The notes beneath the pieces are model-generated. The model did no database searches. It was not told the DNA's origin and saw nothing but the letters and a program-made list of their open reading frames with translations. The translations under genes were made by a program, and so were the position numbers. Positions 24,897 through 39,010 of a DNA stretch of 64,000 nucleotides are shown one piece after another. The stretch spans positions 50,530,001 to 50,594,000 of the forward strand of contig OX597829.1 in NCBI GenBank assembly GCA_951406725.2, read 5' to 3'. Within the stretch, counting starts at the first letter, position 1. Every line of letters begins with the position of its first letter. The stretch comes from Octopus vulgaris. Taxonomy: Eukaryota.

Positions 24897-27800
24897 ATAT
24901 ACTGGGATTGATTTGTTCAACTAAAACCCTTCAAGGTGGTGCCCCAGCATGGCCACAGTCCAATGACTGAAACAAGTAAAAGATAAAATATATACTGGGA
25001 TTGATTTGTTCAACTAAAACCCTTCAAGGTGGTGCCCCAGCATGGCCACAGTCCAATGACTGAAACAAGTAAAAGATAAAAGATATACTGGGATTGATTT
25101 GTTCAACTAAAACCCTTCAAGATGGTGCCCCAGCATGGCCACAGTCCAATGACTGAAACAAGTAAAAGATAAAATATATACTGGGATTGATTTGTTCAAC
25201 TAAAACCCTTCAAGGTGGTGCCCCAGCATGGCCACAGTCCAGTGACAGAAACAAGTAAAAGATAAAATATATACTGGGATTGATTTGTTCAACTAAAACC
25301 CTTCAAGGTGGTGCCCCAGCATGGCCAGAGTCCAATGACTGAAACAAGTAAAAGATTAAAGATATACTGGGATTGATTTGTTCAACTAAAACCCTTCAAG
25401 GTGGTGCCCCAGCATGGCCACAGTGCAATGACTGGAACAAGTAAAAGATAAAAGATATACTGGGATTGATTTGTTCAACTAAAACCCTTCAAGGTGGTGC
25501 CCCAGCATGGCCAGAGTCCAATGACTGAAACAAGTAAAAGATTAAAGATATACTGGGATTGATTTGTTCAACTAAAACCCTTCAAGGTGGTGCCCCAGCA
25601 TGGCCACAGTCCAATGACTGGAACAAGTAAAAGATAAAAGATATACTGGGATTGATTTGTTCAACTAAAACCCTTCAAGATGGTGCCCCAGCATGGCCAC
25701 AGTCCAATGACTGGAACAAGTAAAAGATAAAAGATATACTGGGATTGATTTGTTCAACTAAAACCCTTCAAGATGGTGCCCCAGCATGGCCACAGTCCAA
25801 TGACTGAAACAAGTAAAAGATAAAAGATATACTGGGATTGATTTGTTCAACTAAAACCCTTCAAGGTGGTGCCCCAGCATGGCCACAGTCCAATGACAGA
25901 AACAAGTAAAAGATAAAAGATATACTGGGATTGATTTGTTCAACTAAAACCCTTCAAGGTGGTGCCCCAGCATGGCCACAGTCCAATGACTGAAACAAGT
26001 AAAAGATAAAGATATACTGGGATTGATTTGTTCAACTAAAACCCTTCAAGGTGGTGCCCCAGCATGGCCACAGTCAATGACTGGAAACAAGTAAAAGATA
26101 AAAGATATACTGGGATTGATTTGTTCAACTAAAACCCTTCAAGGTGGTGCCCCAGCATGGCCACAGTCCAATGACTGAAACAAGTAAAAGATAAAAGATA
26201 TACTGGGATTGATTTGTTCAACTAAAACCCTTCAAGGTGGTGCCCCAGCATGGCCACAGTCCAATGACTGAAACAAGTAAAAGATAAAAGATATACTGGG
26301 ATTGATTTGTTCAACTAAAACCCTTCAAGGTGGTGCCCCAGCATGGCCACAGTCCAGTGACTGAAACAAGTAAAAGATAAAAGATATACTGGGATTAATC
26401 TGTTCAACTAAAACCCTTCAAGGTGGTGCCCCAGCATGGCCAGAGTCCAATGACTGAAACAAGTAAAAGATTAAAGATATACTGGGATTGATTTGTTCAA
26501 CTAAAACCCTTCAAGGTGGTGCCCCAGCATGGCCACAGTCCAATGACTGGAACAAGTAAAAGATAAAAGATATACTGGGATTGATTTGTTCAACTAAAAC
26601 CCTTCAAGGTGGTGCCCCAGCATGGCCACAGTCCAATGACTGAAACAAGTAAAAGATAAAAGATATACTGGGATTGATTTGTTCAACTAAAACCCTTCAA
26701 GGTGGTGCCCCAGCATGGCCACAGTCCAGTGACAGAAACAAGTAAAAGATAAAATATATACTGGGATTGATTTGTTCAACTAAAACCCTTCAAGGTGCTG
26801 CCCCAGCATGGCCACAGTGCAATGACTGAAACAAGTAAAAGATAAAATATATACTGGGATTGATTTGTTCAACTAAAACCCTTCAAGGTGGTGCCCCAGC
26901 ATGGCCAGAGTCCAATGACTGAAACAAGTAAAAGATTAAAGATATACTGGGATTGATTTGTTCAACTAAAACCCTTCAAGGTGGTGCCCCAGCATGGCCA
27001 CAGTCCAATGACTGGAACAAGTAAAAGATAAAAGATATACTGGGATTGATTTGTTCAACTAAAACCCTTCAAGGTGGTGCCCCAGCATGGCCACAGTCCA
27101 ATGACTGAAACAAGTAAAAGATAAAATATATACTGGGATTGATTTGTTCAACTAAAACCCTTCAAGGTGGTGCCCCAGCATGGCCACAGTCCAATGACTG
27201 AAACAAGTAAAAGATAAAATATATACTGGAATTGATTTGTTCAACTAAAACCCTTCAAGGTGGTGCCCCAGCATGGCCACAGTGCAATGACTGAAACAAG
27301 TAAAAGATAAAATATATACTGGGATTGATTTGTTCAACTAAAACCCTTCAAGGTGCTGCCCCAGCATGGCCACAGTGCAATGACTGAAACAAGTAAAAGA
27401 TAAAAGATATACTGGGATTGATTTGTTCAACTAAAACCCTTCAAGGTGCTGCCCCAGCATGGCCACAGTGCAATGACTGAAACAAATAAAAGATAAAAGA
27501 TATACTGGGATTGATTTGTTCAACTAAAACCCTTCAAGGTGCTGCCCCAGCATGGCCAGTCTAATGACTGAAACAAGTAAAAGATAAATGATATACTGGG
27601 ATTGATTTGTTCAACTAAAACCCTTCAAGGTGGTGCCCCAGCATGGCCACAGTGCAATGACTGAAACAAGTAAAAGATAAATGATATACTGGGATTGATT
27701 TGTTCAACTAAAACCCTTCAAGGTGCTGCCCCAGCATGGCCACAGTCTAATGACTGAAACAAGTAAAAGATAAATGATATACTGGGATTGATTTGTTCAA

Positions 27801-28521
27801 CTAAAACCCTTCAAGGTGGTGCCCCAGCATGGCCACAGTCTAATGACTGAAACAAGTAAAAGATAAAAGATATACTGGGATTGATTTGTTCAACTAAAAC
27901 CCTTCAAGGTGGTGCCCCAGCATGGCCACAGTCAATGACTGAAACAAGTAAAAGATAAAAGATATACTGGGATTGATTTGTTCAACTAAAACCCTTCAAG
28001 GTGGTGCCCCAGCATGGCCACAGTGCAATGACTGAAACAAGTAAAAGATAAAATATATACTGGGATTGATTTGTTCAACTAAAACCCTTCAAGGTGGTGC
28101 CCCAGCATGGCCACAGTCCAGTGACAGAAACAAGTAAAAGATAAAATATATACTGGAATTGATTTGTTCAACTAAAACCCTTCAAGGTGGTGCCCCAGCA
28201 TGGCCACAGTCTAATGACTGAAACAAGTAAAAGATAAAATATATACTGGGATTGATTTGTTCAACTAAAACCCTTCAAGGTGGTGCCCCAGCATGGCCGC
28301 AGTCTAATGACTGAAACAAGTAAAAGATAAAAGATATACTGGGATTGATTTGTTCAACCAAAACCCTTCAAGGTGGTGCCCCAGCATGGCCACAGTCCAG
28401 TGACAGAAACAAGTAAAAGATAAAAGATATACTGGGATTGATTTGTTCAACTAAAACCCTTCAAGGTGATGCCCCAGCATGGCCACAGTCCAATGACTGA
28501 AACAAGTAAAGAATAAAAGAT
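24897..28521 (+). repeat. Tandem array of ~39 x 93-bp units derived from the 3' end of the SINE at ~24680-24896
   Basis: Unit gatatactgggattgatttgttcaactaaaacccttcaaggtggtgccccagcatggccacagtccaatgactgaaacaagtaaaagataaaa; period 93 (24901 to 24994). Confidence 0.97.
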
Positions 28522-29824
28522 AGTCTTCCACACTACTTCAGACACAATTAACCACAGTGTGAACTTCAGCTTGTCAGGGGTTGGATCTGTGGATCTGTGC
28601 TATGGATCTGTGGATCATACCTAGAAGTTCAGCCAACGGTCAAAATTCTCTAGTTCTGCTTAGCCAGAGCTGACCTAGAATTACACAATGACAACAGCAA
28701 CAACAAAATATGAAGATACTGGTAAATACTGATTTCTTCATTTGTAAGAACAGCTACCTTTTTTTTTTTTTTTGTTACCTTTTTAGGTAATGGTGAAGCT
28801 TATACTTTAGTCCTATATTATTGGTTTGGAATTTTGGTACAAAACCAATGATTTCAGAGAGGGATGTATGTCAATCTCATTGACTGCCCCCTCCCCCAGC
28901 ACTCGACTGGTACTTATCTTATCGACCCTGAGAGGCTAAAAGACAAAGTTGACCTCAGCAGAATTTGAACTCAAAAAATGTAAAGCCAGACAAAGATTGC
29001 ATCGCCTCACAGTGTTCAAATGGTATTTATTTTATCGACCCTGAGAGGATGAAAGGCAAAGTTGACCTCAGCAGAATTTGAAATCGGAGTTTAAAGCTCG
29101 ACAAAATGCCACAAAGTACTTTGCTCAGCATCCTAATGATTCTGCCAGCTTGCCGCCTTATTTTGGTCCGTTATTATTAGCAGATAAATCAAGATGGCAA
29201 GCTGGCGGAATAGTTAGCACACCAGGCAGCATACTTAATGGCATTTCATTTGTCCTTGTGTTCTGGGTTCAAATCCCACCAAGGTTGACTTTGCCTTTCA
29301 TCTTTTCGGGGTCGATAAATTAAATACCAGTCATGCACTGGGGTCGATGAAATTAACTAGCCCCTTCCCCTAAAGTTTCAGGCCTTGTACCTATAGCACA
29401 AAGGATTATAAGCAGATAGAAAGGTAGGAAAGTGACAGAGCATTTCATTCATCTTCACGTTCTGAGTTCAAATTAAGTACCAGTCATGCACTGGGGAGTC
29501 AATGAAATTGACTAGCCACTTTTCTATCTGCTAATAATCCTTTCTACAATAGGTACAAGGCCTGAAACTTTAGGAAAGCGGGGGGGCTGGTCAATTTCAT
29601 CAACCCCAGTGCATGACTAGTACTTAATTTATCGACCCCAAAAAGAGGAAAGGTGGAATTTGAACTCAGAACATAAGGACTATTCTACCAAGGTCAACTT
29701 TGCCTTTCATCCTTTTTTGTGGGGGAGAGGGTCTATCAAATAAGTAACGGTTGAGTACTGAGGTCAGTGTAATCAACTAATCCACTCAACCCAAATTTCA
29801 AGCCTTGTGCTTCTAATAGAGAGG

Positions 29825-30218
29825 ACTAGCAGTATCGCCTGGCGTTGCTCGGGTTTGTTTCGACCCTTTAGAACTGGAATTTTTGAAAAGTAAAAACTTT
29901 GCATTATGTAGCTTGTTATTCTCTTTAAGAGAACATTTTTCCGGTTGAAATACACCGTAAAGTGGTGACACAGCAGTCAAAAAATCGTAAAAAATAAGGA
30001 TTTTCATAGAAAAAAAAGCACCTTTTTGATGTAAATAATTTTTGGTGTTAACATGGTCCGATTTGAATTTTTTCTTCTACAGAAGGAAGAGCAAGCCTTC
30101 TTCTATCATACTCTCAATTTTGGTCAACTTGCGCCGCAGGGTCTCGGAGGAGATAGCGTTAGTTGAAGGCTACCAAACCTGCCATACACAGACAACTTCA
30201 GCTTTATATATATATAGA
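29825..30218 (+). mobile_element. Non-autonomous Helentron/Helitron-like element
   Basis: Starts actagcagtatcgcctggcgttgctcgggtt (short hairpin) and ends ctttatatatatatag, an end structure resembling Helentron-associated elements. Confidence 0.55.
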
Positions 30219-31249
30219 AATTACCAGCTGATAGAGTCAACTCCAGCTTGATTTTGATTTCAGAACATAGACACCCGAAACTAAAACATTTACAACATTT
30301 ATTCCAATACCACACTTTCCACCCTGGCATAGCATGTGCCTTCAGGTATTACAACAGAAGATAAACATTGCGTGCAACAAGCTTGGTTTTGACGCAAAGC
30401 TCCACCTGGTGAGCAGCATACAAACTAGAACATTCTTTTATTTAGTGAATACATAAAATTTATTTACATATAGATGTTATCTTAGCACATGTGAAACATA
30501 TGGGGGGAAAAATAAGATACAGAAAAGCATTTCTGCCAAGTATCATTTTGAACTGGGAAAAATTCTTCTTTAGAAAATTATTGTTCAACTAAATAATGAC
30601 TATAATTAGTGTTAGCTTCAGTATTGTTCAACACACACACACAAACACACAAACACACACACATGTATACATATATGTATATATATATATATATATGTAC
30701 ACATATATATATATGTGTGTGTGTGTGTATATATATATATGTATATATATAATATATATATATATATATTTTTTCTGAAATAGGTGCTAATTTTTTCCAA
30801 AGTTCTTACAAAGTAAAAGCAATTTAAGGTTACTCTTTTATTCTTTTATTTGTTTCAGTCATTTGATTGTGGCCATGCTGGAGCACTGCCTTTAGTCGAG
30901 CAAATCGACCCCAGGACTTATTCATTGTAAGCCTAGTACTTATTCTATCGGTCTCTTTTGCCGAACCACTAAGTTACGGGGACATAAACACACCAGCATC
31001 GGTTGTCAAGCGATGTTGGGGGGACAAACACAGACACACAAACATATATACACACATACATATATATATATAGAGAGAGAATTCACGAAAAAACTAAAGA
31101 CAAAGACAGGTGGTGTAGAAAACAAACAGATGTATTAGTATAATGCTCGGTAATTGAAAAAGAGTTTTACGGTTCGAGCCTATGCTCTTCCACAGAAAGG
31201 AACACAGAAAGAAACAAGGAGAGATAAAAATGTGTATAGTGGCTAGCGA

Positions 31250-31294
<45 letters not shown>

Positions 31295-31597
31295 CATGGA
31301 AAGCGGACGTTAAATGAGGAGGATGATGATGATGATACATATATACGATGGGCTTCTTTCAGTTTCCATTTACCAAATCCCCTCACAAGGCTTTAGTCGA
31401 ACTGAGGCTATAGTAGAAAACACTTGCCCAAGGTGCCATGCAGTGGGACTGAACCCGGAACCATGTGGTTGGTAAGCAAGCTACTTACCACACAGCCACT
31501 CCTGTGCCTAGCAATGTGTATATGAAATAAAACTCCAGCATCTGTATCCTCATATGATGCCATATTTCACTGAATCTGCTGTGCTTTTGTAAAGTTA

Positions 31598-33160
31598 CCA
31601 TCCGAGCGTGGCCGTCAGCCAGCCTCGTCTGGCACCTGTGTCGGTGGCACATAAAAAACACCATCCGAGCGTGGCCGTCAGCCAGCCTCGTCTGGCACCT
31701 GTGTCGGTGGCACATAAAAAACACCATCCGAGCGTGGCCGTCAGCCAGCCTCGTCTGGCACCTGTGTCGGTGGCACAAAAAAACACCATCCGAGCGTGGC
31801 CGTCAGCCAGCCTCGTCTGGCACCTGTGTCGGTGGCACATAAAAAACACCATCCGAGCGTGGCCGTCAGCCAGCCTCGTCTGGCACCTGTGTCGGTGGCA
31901 CATAAAAAACACCATCCGAGCGTGGCCGTCAGCCAGCCTCGTCTGGCACCTGTGTCGGTGGCACAAAAAAACACCATTCGAGCGTGGCCGTCAGCCAGCC
32001 TCGTCTGGCACCTGTGTCGGTGGCACATAAAAAACACCATCCGAGCGTGGCCGTCAGCCAGCCTCGTCTGGCACCTGTGTCGGTGGCACATAAAAAACAC
32101 CATCCGAGCGTGGCCGTCAGCCAGCCTCGTCTGGCACCTGTGTCGGTGGCACAAAAAAACACCATTCGAGCGTGGCCGTCAGCCAGCCTCGTCTGGCACC
32201 TGTGTCGGTGGCACATAAAAAACACCATCCGAGCGTGGCCATCAGCCAGCCTCGTCTGGCACCTGTGTCGGTGGCACAAAAAAACACCATCCGAGCGTGG
32301 CCGTCAGCCAGCCTCGTCTGGCACCTGTGTCGGTGGCACAAAAAAACACCATCCGAGCGTGGCCGTCAGCCAGCCTCGTCTGGCACCTGTGTCGGTGGCA
32401 CAAAAAAACACCATCCGAGCGTGGCCGTCAGCCAGCCTCGTCTGGCACCTGTGTCGGTGGCACATAAAAAACACCATCCGAGCATGGCCGTCAGCCAGCC
32501 TCGTCTGGCACCTGTGTCGGTGGCACAAAAAAACACCATCCGAGCGTGGCCGTCAGCCAGCCTCGTCTGGCACCTGTGTCGGTGGCACATAAAAAACACC
32601 ATCTGAGCGTGGCCGTCAGCCAGCCTCGTCTGGCACCTGTGTCGGTGGCACAAAAAAACACCATCCGAGCGTGGCCGTCAGCCAGCCTCGTCTGGCACCT
32701 GTGTCGGTGGCACATAAAAAACACCATCCGAGCGTGGCCGTCAGCCAGCCTCGTCTGGCACCTGTGTCGGTGGCACATAAAAAACACCATCCGAGCGTGG
32801 CCGTCAGCCAGCCTCGTCTGGCACCTGTGTCGGTGGCACATAAAAAACACCATCCGAGCGTGGCCGTCAGCCAGCCTCGTCTGGCACCTGTGTCGGTGGC
32901 ACATAAAAAACACCATCCGAGCGTGGCTGTCAGCCAGCCTCGTCTGGCACCTGTGTCGGTGGCACATAAAAAACACCATCCGAGCGTGGCCGTCAGCCAG
33001 CCTCGTCTGGCACCTGTGTCGGTGGCACATAAAAAACACCATCTGAGCGTGGCCGTCAGCCAGCCTCGTCTGGCACCTGTGTCGGTGGCACATAAAAAAC
33101 ACCATCCGAGCGTGGCCGTCAGCCAGCCTCGTCTGGCACCTGTGTCGGTGGCACATAAAA
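31598..33160 (+). repeat. Tandem array of ~25 x 62-63-bp GC-rich units, running into the 3' half of a SINE (33160-33335)
   Basis: Unit ccatccgagcgtggccgtcagccagcctcgtctggcacctgtgtcggtggcaca(t)aaaaaaca; the same segment occurs once or twice in other copies of this SINE. Confidence 0.97.
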
Positions 33161-34629
33161 TCACCCACTACACTCTCGGAGTGGTTGGCGTTAGGAAGGG
33201 CATCCAGCTGTAGAAACACTGCCACATCTGACTGGCCTGGTGCAGCCTTCGGGCTTCCCAGACCCCAGTTGAACCGTCCAACCCATGCTAGCATGGAAAG
33301 CGGACGTTAAACGATGATGATGATCATCATCATCATCTTTGCATTCACATACTGTATGATTTCTCAAATGTTTCTCACTTGTTAGCATACAAGGATATTT
33401 CGATGATCATCCGTTAAACAATATCTATTAGTAAGAGTTGTTTGATTAAAATAAAAATATAAAAGAAATAGAAATAGAAATAGAAAAAGGAAAAGAAAGG
33501 AAACATTTTTATATCAGAATTTTCTGTTTCTTCTGTTAGAAGAGTGTTTATATTAAAAGCAATCAAGCTAACATAACTGTTACTTTCTTCCCTTCCAGCC
33601 TGACACTTATTCCTTCAAATTCGTTGTAAGTATTTATTTTCAAAGAAGGAAACCTGTTTAATAGAGCAGTTTCCTCAGCAAAACAATGGAAACATAAAAT
33701 AAATTAACAGTTCAAAGTTACTCCACAGAATAAGATGTTTTATCGTTTAGTTTCAAGATTGCATTAAAATCCATTATTGGTTGTTGAAAAGAACATTTGT
33801 CAATAACGATGTCCTGACATTGAAACTTAACAGCTTACTTAATCTTTAATACCATTAAATTACATATAGGTGGGACTCAAATAATGTTGGTTGATCGAAT
33901 GACGCATCTAGTGTTAAAAAAAAGAAGAAAAAACCTACCAGAAAAGAAAAAAAAACCCAGAAAATGGTAGCAGTGAGTAAAAAAGGAAACTTGTATATTC
34001 AGAGACAAGGAAAATAGTTCATTCTCAGTTGCCATTTCAACCACCTTCAAATTAAAAACTGTCCACTGGCAAAACATCTAAAAACCTATTTGAAAATAAA
34101 ATAAAATGTTTAATCCTTAAAACCAAAATGAATAAACAGGTAATTTAATGTTTTGTTGTATGTTAGGAGGATGATTATGTCAATGAAAAATAAACAGAAG
34201 CACTGGTTTGATTTCACTTCTTTATTATTCATTTTAATTACTATGAGGCCTGAAGCTGAACTGATGCAAAAAGAGCATGTTACTGAAGAGGTCATGAATG
34301 CTGATGAAAGAACTTTGACTAACAAAACTAACAAATTAACTGAATGATTAATCAAATATTTAATTAGTTAGTTGGGTAAATAATTGATAAATGGACAGTT
34401 GAAGTGAAATAGAATCCATATGTGTGTTTATTGTTATTGGTATAATGGCCCTCCCAAGATACTGCAAAATGTGTTTCAATACATGAGTTCACATCAAGAA
34501 TCTTGCAAACAATAAAAAAGCAAAGTAATTAAATGCAAATGAGATAATTATGAATTTGTGAAATTAAAGATTGGTTTTTTTGGGTTATTTTTTTTAATCA
34601 GTACAGATTTGTTGCCATAAGTTCTTATG

Positions 34630-35190
34630 CACTGGCAAATCACTTCTGGTGCTAAAGAAACATTCCTTGACCCTACTCTATGTCATCAAGAGAAACTAAA
34701 GAACAATGTATCTCGACAACTGCTTTGGTGACAAAGTCATTTGCAGTCACTTGGCACAGATTGATCTTGAACTCTGTCGTTCATGCACACCAAGTTATAA
34801 GGTTCTTGCTCCCTTCTGTTGCCTGTGGCAGTGCTTGGAAGTAAAGTGTGTGGAGTGTGGTCGTCTCGAAAAGAAGATTGGGTTTTAGGAGTTGCACAGG
34901 ATCTCTTTGATTATCTCAATGAAGATGGAAACTTTTTGAAAATGGTTATAACAAATGAAGAATCATGTGTCTATGGCTATAAACCCCAAAATCAAAGTTT
35001 AAAAGGAATCCCACTTGAAAGGAACAAGGTTTCAAGATGACAAGGGAATTCAAGAGAATGTGACAAGGCAGCTGCTTGGTACCTCCGCCCCATAAAAGAG
35101 CCCCAGGAATACTTCCATCAATGGAAATAACGCTGAATAAGGTGTGTCATTTTAGAAGGGGACTATTTTGAAGAAAATTAAATGCCAAAT
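34630..35190 (+). mobile_element. Highly decayed mariner transposase fragments
   Basis: FLKMVITNEESCVYGYKP (ITGDESWVYGYDP motif), LKGTRF, RCVILEGDYFE*. Confidence 0.75.
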
Positions 35191-36248
35191 TGGTACGTGT
35201 CCCACCGGTGGCACGTAAAAAGCACCATTCGAGTATGATCATTACCAGTGTCACCTGACTGGCCCTCATGTTGGTGGCACGTAAAAGCACCCATTACATT
35301 CTCGGAGTGGTTGGTGTTAGGAAGGGCATCCAGCTGTAGAAACTCTGCCAGATTAGATTGGAGCCTGGTGCAGCCTTCTGGCTCGCCAGTTCTCAGTCAA
35401 ATCGTCCAACCCATGCCAGCATGGAAAGCGGACATTAAACAACGATGATGATGATGATGATGATGTTTTTTCTTTTTATAGCATTAGTTCTGATATGTTT
35501 TGATCAGGCCTTGTATTCATAAAATATAGAACAATATACCAATGCTAAAGCTACCCTAATACAATGGAATCTCACATTAATATCAATGCATATACACCAA
35601 AATGTTTGATAAATAGGATAACCTACTTGTTATCTCAACAGGCAAATTGGCTAAACATTCCATTTCACAAAGAAGCATGTTCTTAATGTAATTCTCGTTT
35701 GAAAACAGTAGAGGAACACTTAACAAGAATGTATCACTTAATCTCACAAACCAAATAAAAGGGTAAAGAACCCCCTTCAGTCATGAATGACCATGGGATT
35801 GCACCTAGAACGTTGCTCCCACAAAAGCCAAAATAAAATTTGGTATTTATGAAGAGTCGTATGTATGTATAAATTTGTCTGTCTGTTTGTCACTCCACCA
35901 TCGCTTGACAACCAATGTTGATGTGTTTACATCCCCGTAACTTAGTAGTTCAGCAAAAAAGACTGATAGAATAAGTACTAGGCTTACAAAGAATAAGTTC
36001 TAGAGTCGATTTGTTTGACTAAAGACGGTGCTCCAGCATGGCCGCAGTCAAATGACTGAAACAAGTAAAAGAGTAAAAGAATATGTATATATCATCATCA
36101 TCATCATCATCATCATCATTTAGCGTCCGTTTTCCATGCTAGCATGGGTTGGACGGTTCTACTGGGGTCTGTGAAGCTGGAAGGCTTCATCAGGTCCAGT
36201 CAGATCTGGCAGTGTTTCTACGGCTGGATGCCCTTCCTAGCGCCAACG

Positions 36249-36456
<208 letters not shown>

Positions 36457-36729
36457 TTGTGGGTCCAATTGGTGTTTGATAATGTATTGATTTCCACTGC
36501 TAGTACTTTTAAATTCTTCCTTGAAGCTACTGGTGCCTTTTGGTTACTCTCAAAGTATTTTGGCATTTGTTATTTTCTCCTATGGGAAAAATGTTCTTAT
36601 GTTGCCAACAAATGTGTTAAAGATTAGCAGAAAATGTTAGAAACCTGGAAGAATTTACAAGAAACAAAAATAAAAAAAAAAGAAAAAAACAAAACAACTG
36701 CATCTGTGAAAGCTTGGCAAAGCTTAATA

Positions 36730-37270
36730 GTAGTAGTAACAGTGGTGGTGGTGGTGGTGTTTATGGTGGTGGTAATGGTGGTGGTGGTGGTGGTGTTGTT
36801 GTTGGTGGCGGTTATAGTGGTGGTTATGGTGATGGTGATGGTGGTGGTGGTAATGGTAGTGGTTATGGTGGTAATGGTGATGGTAGTGGTGGCTATGGCA
36901 GTGGTGGTGGTGGTTATGGTGGTTATGGTGGTGGTGGTGGTGGTGGTTATGGTGGCTATGGCAGTGGTGGTGGTGGTTTATGGTGGTGGTAATGGTGGTG
37001 GTGGTGGTGGTGTTGTTGTTGGTGGCGGTTATAGTGGTGGTTATGGTGATGGTGATGGTGGTGGTGGTGGTTATGGTTATGGTGGTAATGGTGATGGTAG
37101 TGGTGGCTATGGCAGTGGTGGTGGTGGTTATGGTGGTTATGGTGGTGGTGGTGGTGGTGGTTATGGTGGTTATGGTGGTGGTGGTGTTGGTGGTGGTGAT
37201 GGTTATGGTGGTGGTTATGGCGGTGGTGGAGGTGGTGGTGGTTATGGCGGCGGTGGTGGTGTGGCGGTGG
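36730..37270. repeat. Degenerate (GGT)n repeat with a ~220-bp internal direct duplication
   Basis: tttatggtggtggtaatggtgg...gttgttgttggtggcggttatagtgg occurs at ~36760 and ~36977. Confidence 0.9.
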
Positions 37271-37790
37271 GGAAAGGGGAGGGATGACAGCAGCAGTAAT
37301 AGATGTTGTAACAGACAATGCAGAAAAAGAAACCCCCCAAAACAGTATCATCTAAAAGGTGAGTTTTTTTTTTCTTTTAATCATTTTTAATGGACCCAAA
37401 AAAAAAATTAAATAATTAAAAGTGGTAACTATGATGCCATTTCTTGGCCTTCAAAACTTGAAGAACCGAAGAGAGGAGGATAGTACGTTCGAACATGAGA
37501 TCTGGTCTGACCACTTACAACAAATTTCCCTAAAGCCACCCAAGGATTAGGTGGTTGGTGAGATAAAATTAAACCAGGCAATGGAGAGCCATAAATGTTT
37601 TCTACTCTTTTGTTTTTAGCTACTGGGGCTAAGGCTGGACAATGGTCATAGGGATAAGGCTGGACAATGGTCATGGGGATAAGGCTGATCAATGGTCATG
37701 GGGATAAGGCTGGACAATGGTCATGTTGATGACTGCTTTTAGGTAGGATTTAGACTTAGAATATAAAGGGCAGTAACAAAATTTGATGCT

Positions 37791-38019
37791 TTAACCCTTT
37801 CGTTATTGTATTTATTTTGGGATGCTCTGTGTTTCTTTCAATTAATTTAAAATATATCAAAGAATTTAGTAAAATAACTTAGTTATCATTGATCTAGTTT
37901 TAGGAACATAAATTGTGACTAAGGTTTGGTGGAAGGTTGTAATTCAGAACTTATGGAAACAAGACATTTGTACTCAGTGCCAGAGGCGGTTTCAGCCGGG
38001 TTGGTAATGAAAGGGTTAA
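37791..38019. mobile_element. TTAA-flanked piggyBac-type MITE
   Basis: ttaaccctttcgtta ... taatgaaagggttaa. Confidence 0.85.
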
Positions 38020-38744
38020 GGATTCTATCAAAATCATTAATAATCCACTCTACTATTGGCTCAAGATTCAAAATTTGGTGGGAAAAGGAGTGAGTTAATC
38101 AATTTCATTGACCCCCCAGTATTCAACTGGTACTTATTTTGTCAACCCCCAAAAGGATGAAAGACAAAGCTGACCATGACAGAATTTGAACTCAGAACAT
38201 AAAGATAGGTGAACTGCGCTAAGTATTTCATCCGACATGCTAACAATTCTTTTCTACACTAGGGACAAGACCCTAAATTCTGGGGGATGGAGTCAGTCGA
38301 TGCGTGCTAGCATTTCTGCCAGTTTGCCGCCTTACCAAGCTGCCAGTAATGTTTCAAAGTTTGGCACAAGACCAGTAATTTTAGAGGAGGAGGAGGAGGT
38401 AATTTGTTTACATCAAATACCAGTGCTCTGCTGGTGCTTATTTTATTAACTCTTAAAGGATGGAAGGTTTAGTTGACCTCAGCAGAATTTGAACTCAGAA
38501 TGTGAAGAAGGATGAAATACCTGTTAAGTTTTTTGCCCCGTATACTAACAATTCTGCCAGCCCACCATTTTTGCCAAGCCTCTAATGATCCTTTCTATTA
38601 AGGGCACAAAGTGTGAAATTTTGAAGGAGGGGATAAGTCGATCACATCGATCCCAGTAGGCAACTAATAGACTTGGTCTTCAACTCAAGTACCTAATTCA
38701 ACTAAATCTCAATTATTTCTTAACTCATCAACCAAACCTACATA

Positions 38745-38825
38745 GAGGAGGAGGAGAAGAAGAAGAAGAAGAAGAAGAAGAAGAAGAAGAAGAAGAAGAA
38801 GAAGAAGAAGAAGAAGAAGAAGAAG

Positions 38826-38857
<32 letters not shown>

Positions 38858-39010
38858 GAAGAAGAAGAAGAAGAAGAAGAAGAAGAAGAAGAAGAAGAAA
38901 AGGAGATGAAGAAGAAGAAGAAGGAGAAGAAAAAGAAGAAGAAGAAGAAGAAAAAGAAGAAGAAAAAGAAGATGACGAAGAAGTTGTAGTAGTAGTAGTA
39001 GTAGTAGTAG
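38745..39010. repeat. (GAA)n plus (GTA)n microsatellite
   Basis: Direct inspection. Confidence 0.95.

Noticed and set aside
24897-28521. CRISPR-like array
   Set aside because: Units are contiguous 93-bp repeats with no unique spacers, there are no cas genes, and the unit derives from a eukaryotic SINE
31485-33294. Repeat-protein ORFs (MCHRHRCQTRLADGH... and similar)
   Set aside because: Artefact of a 63-bp unit that is open in several frames on both strands and shifts at 62-bp variants
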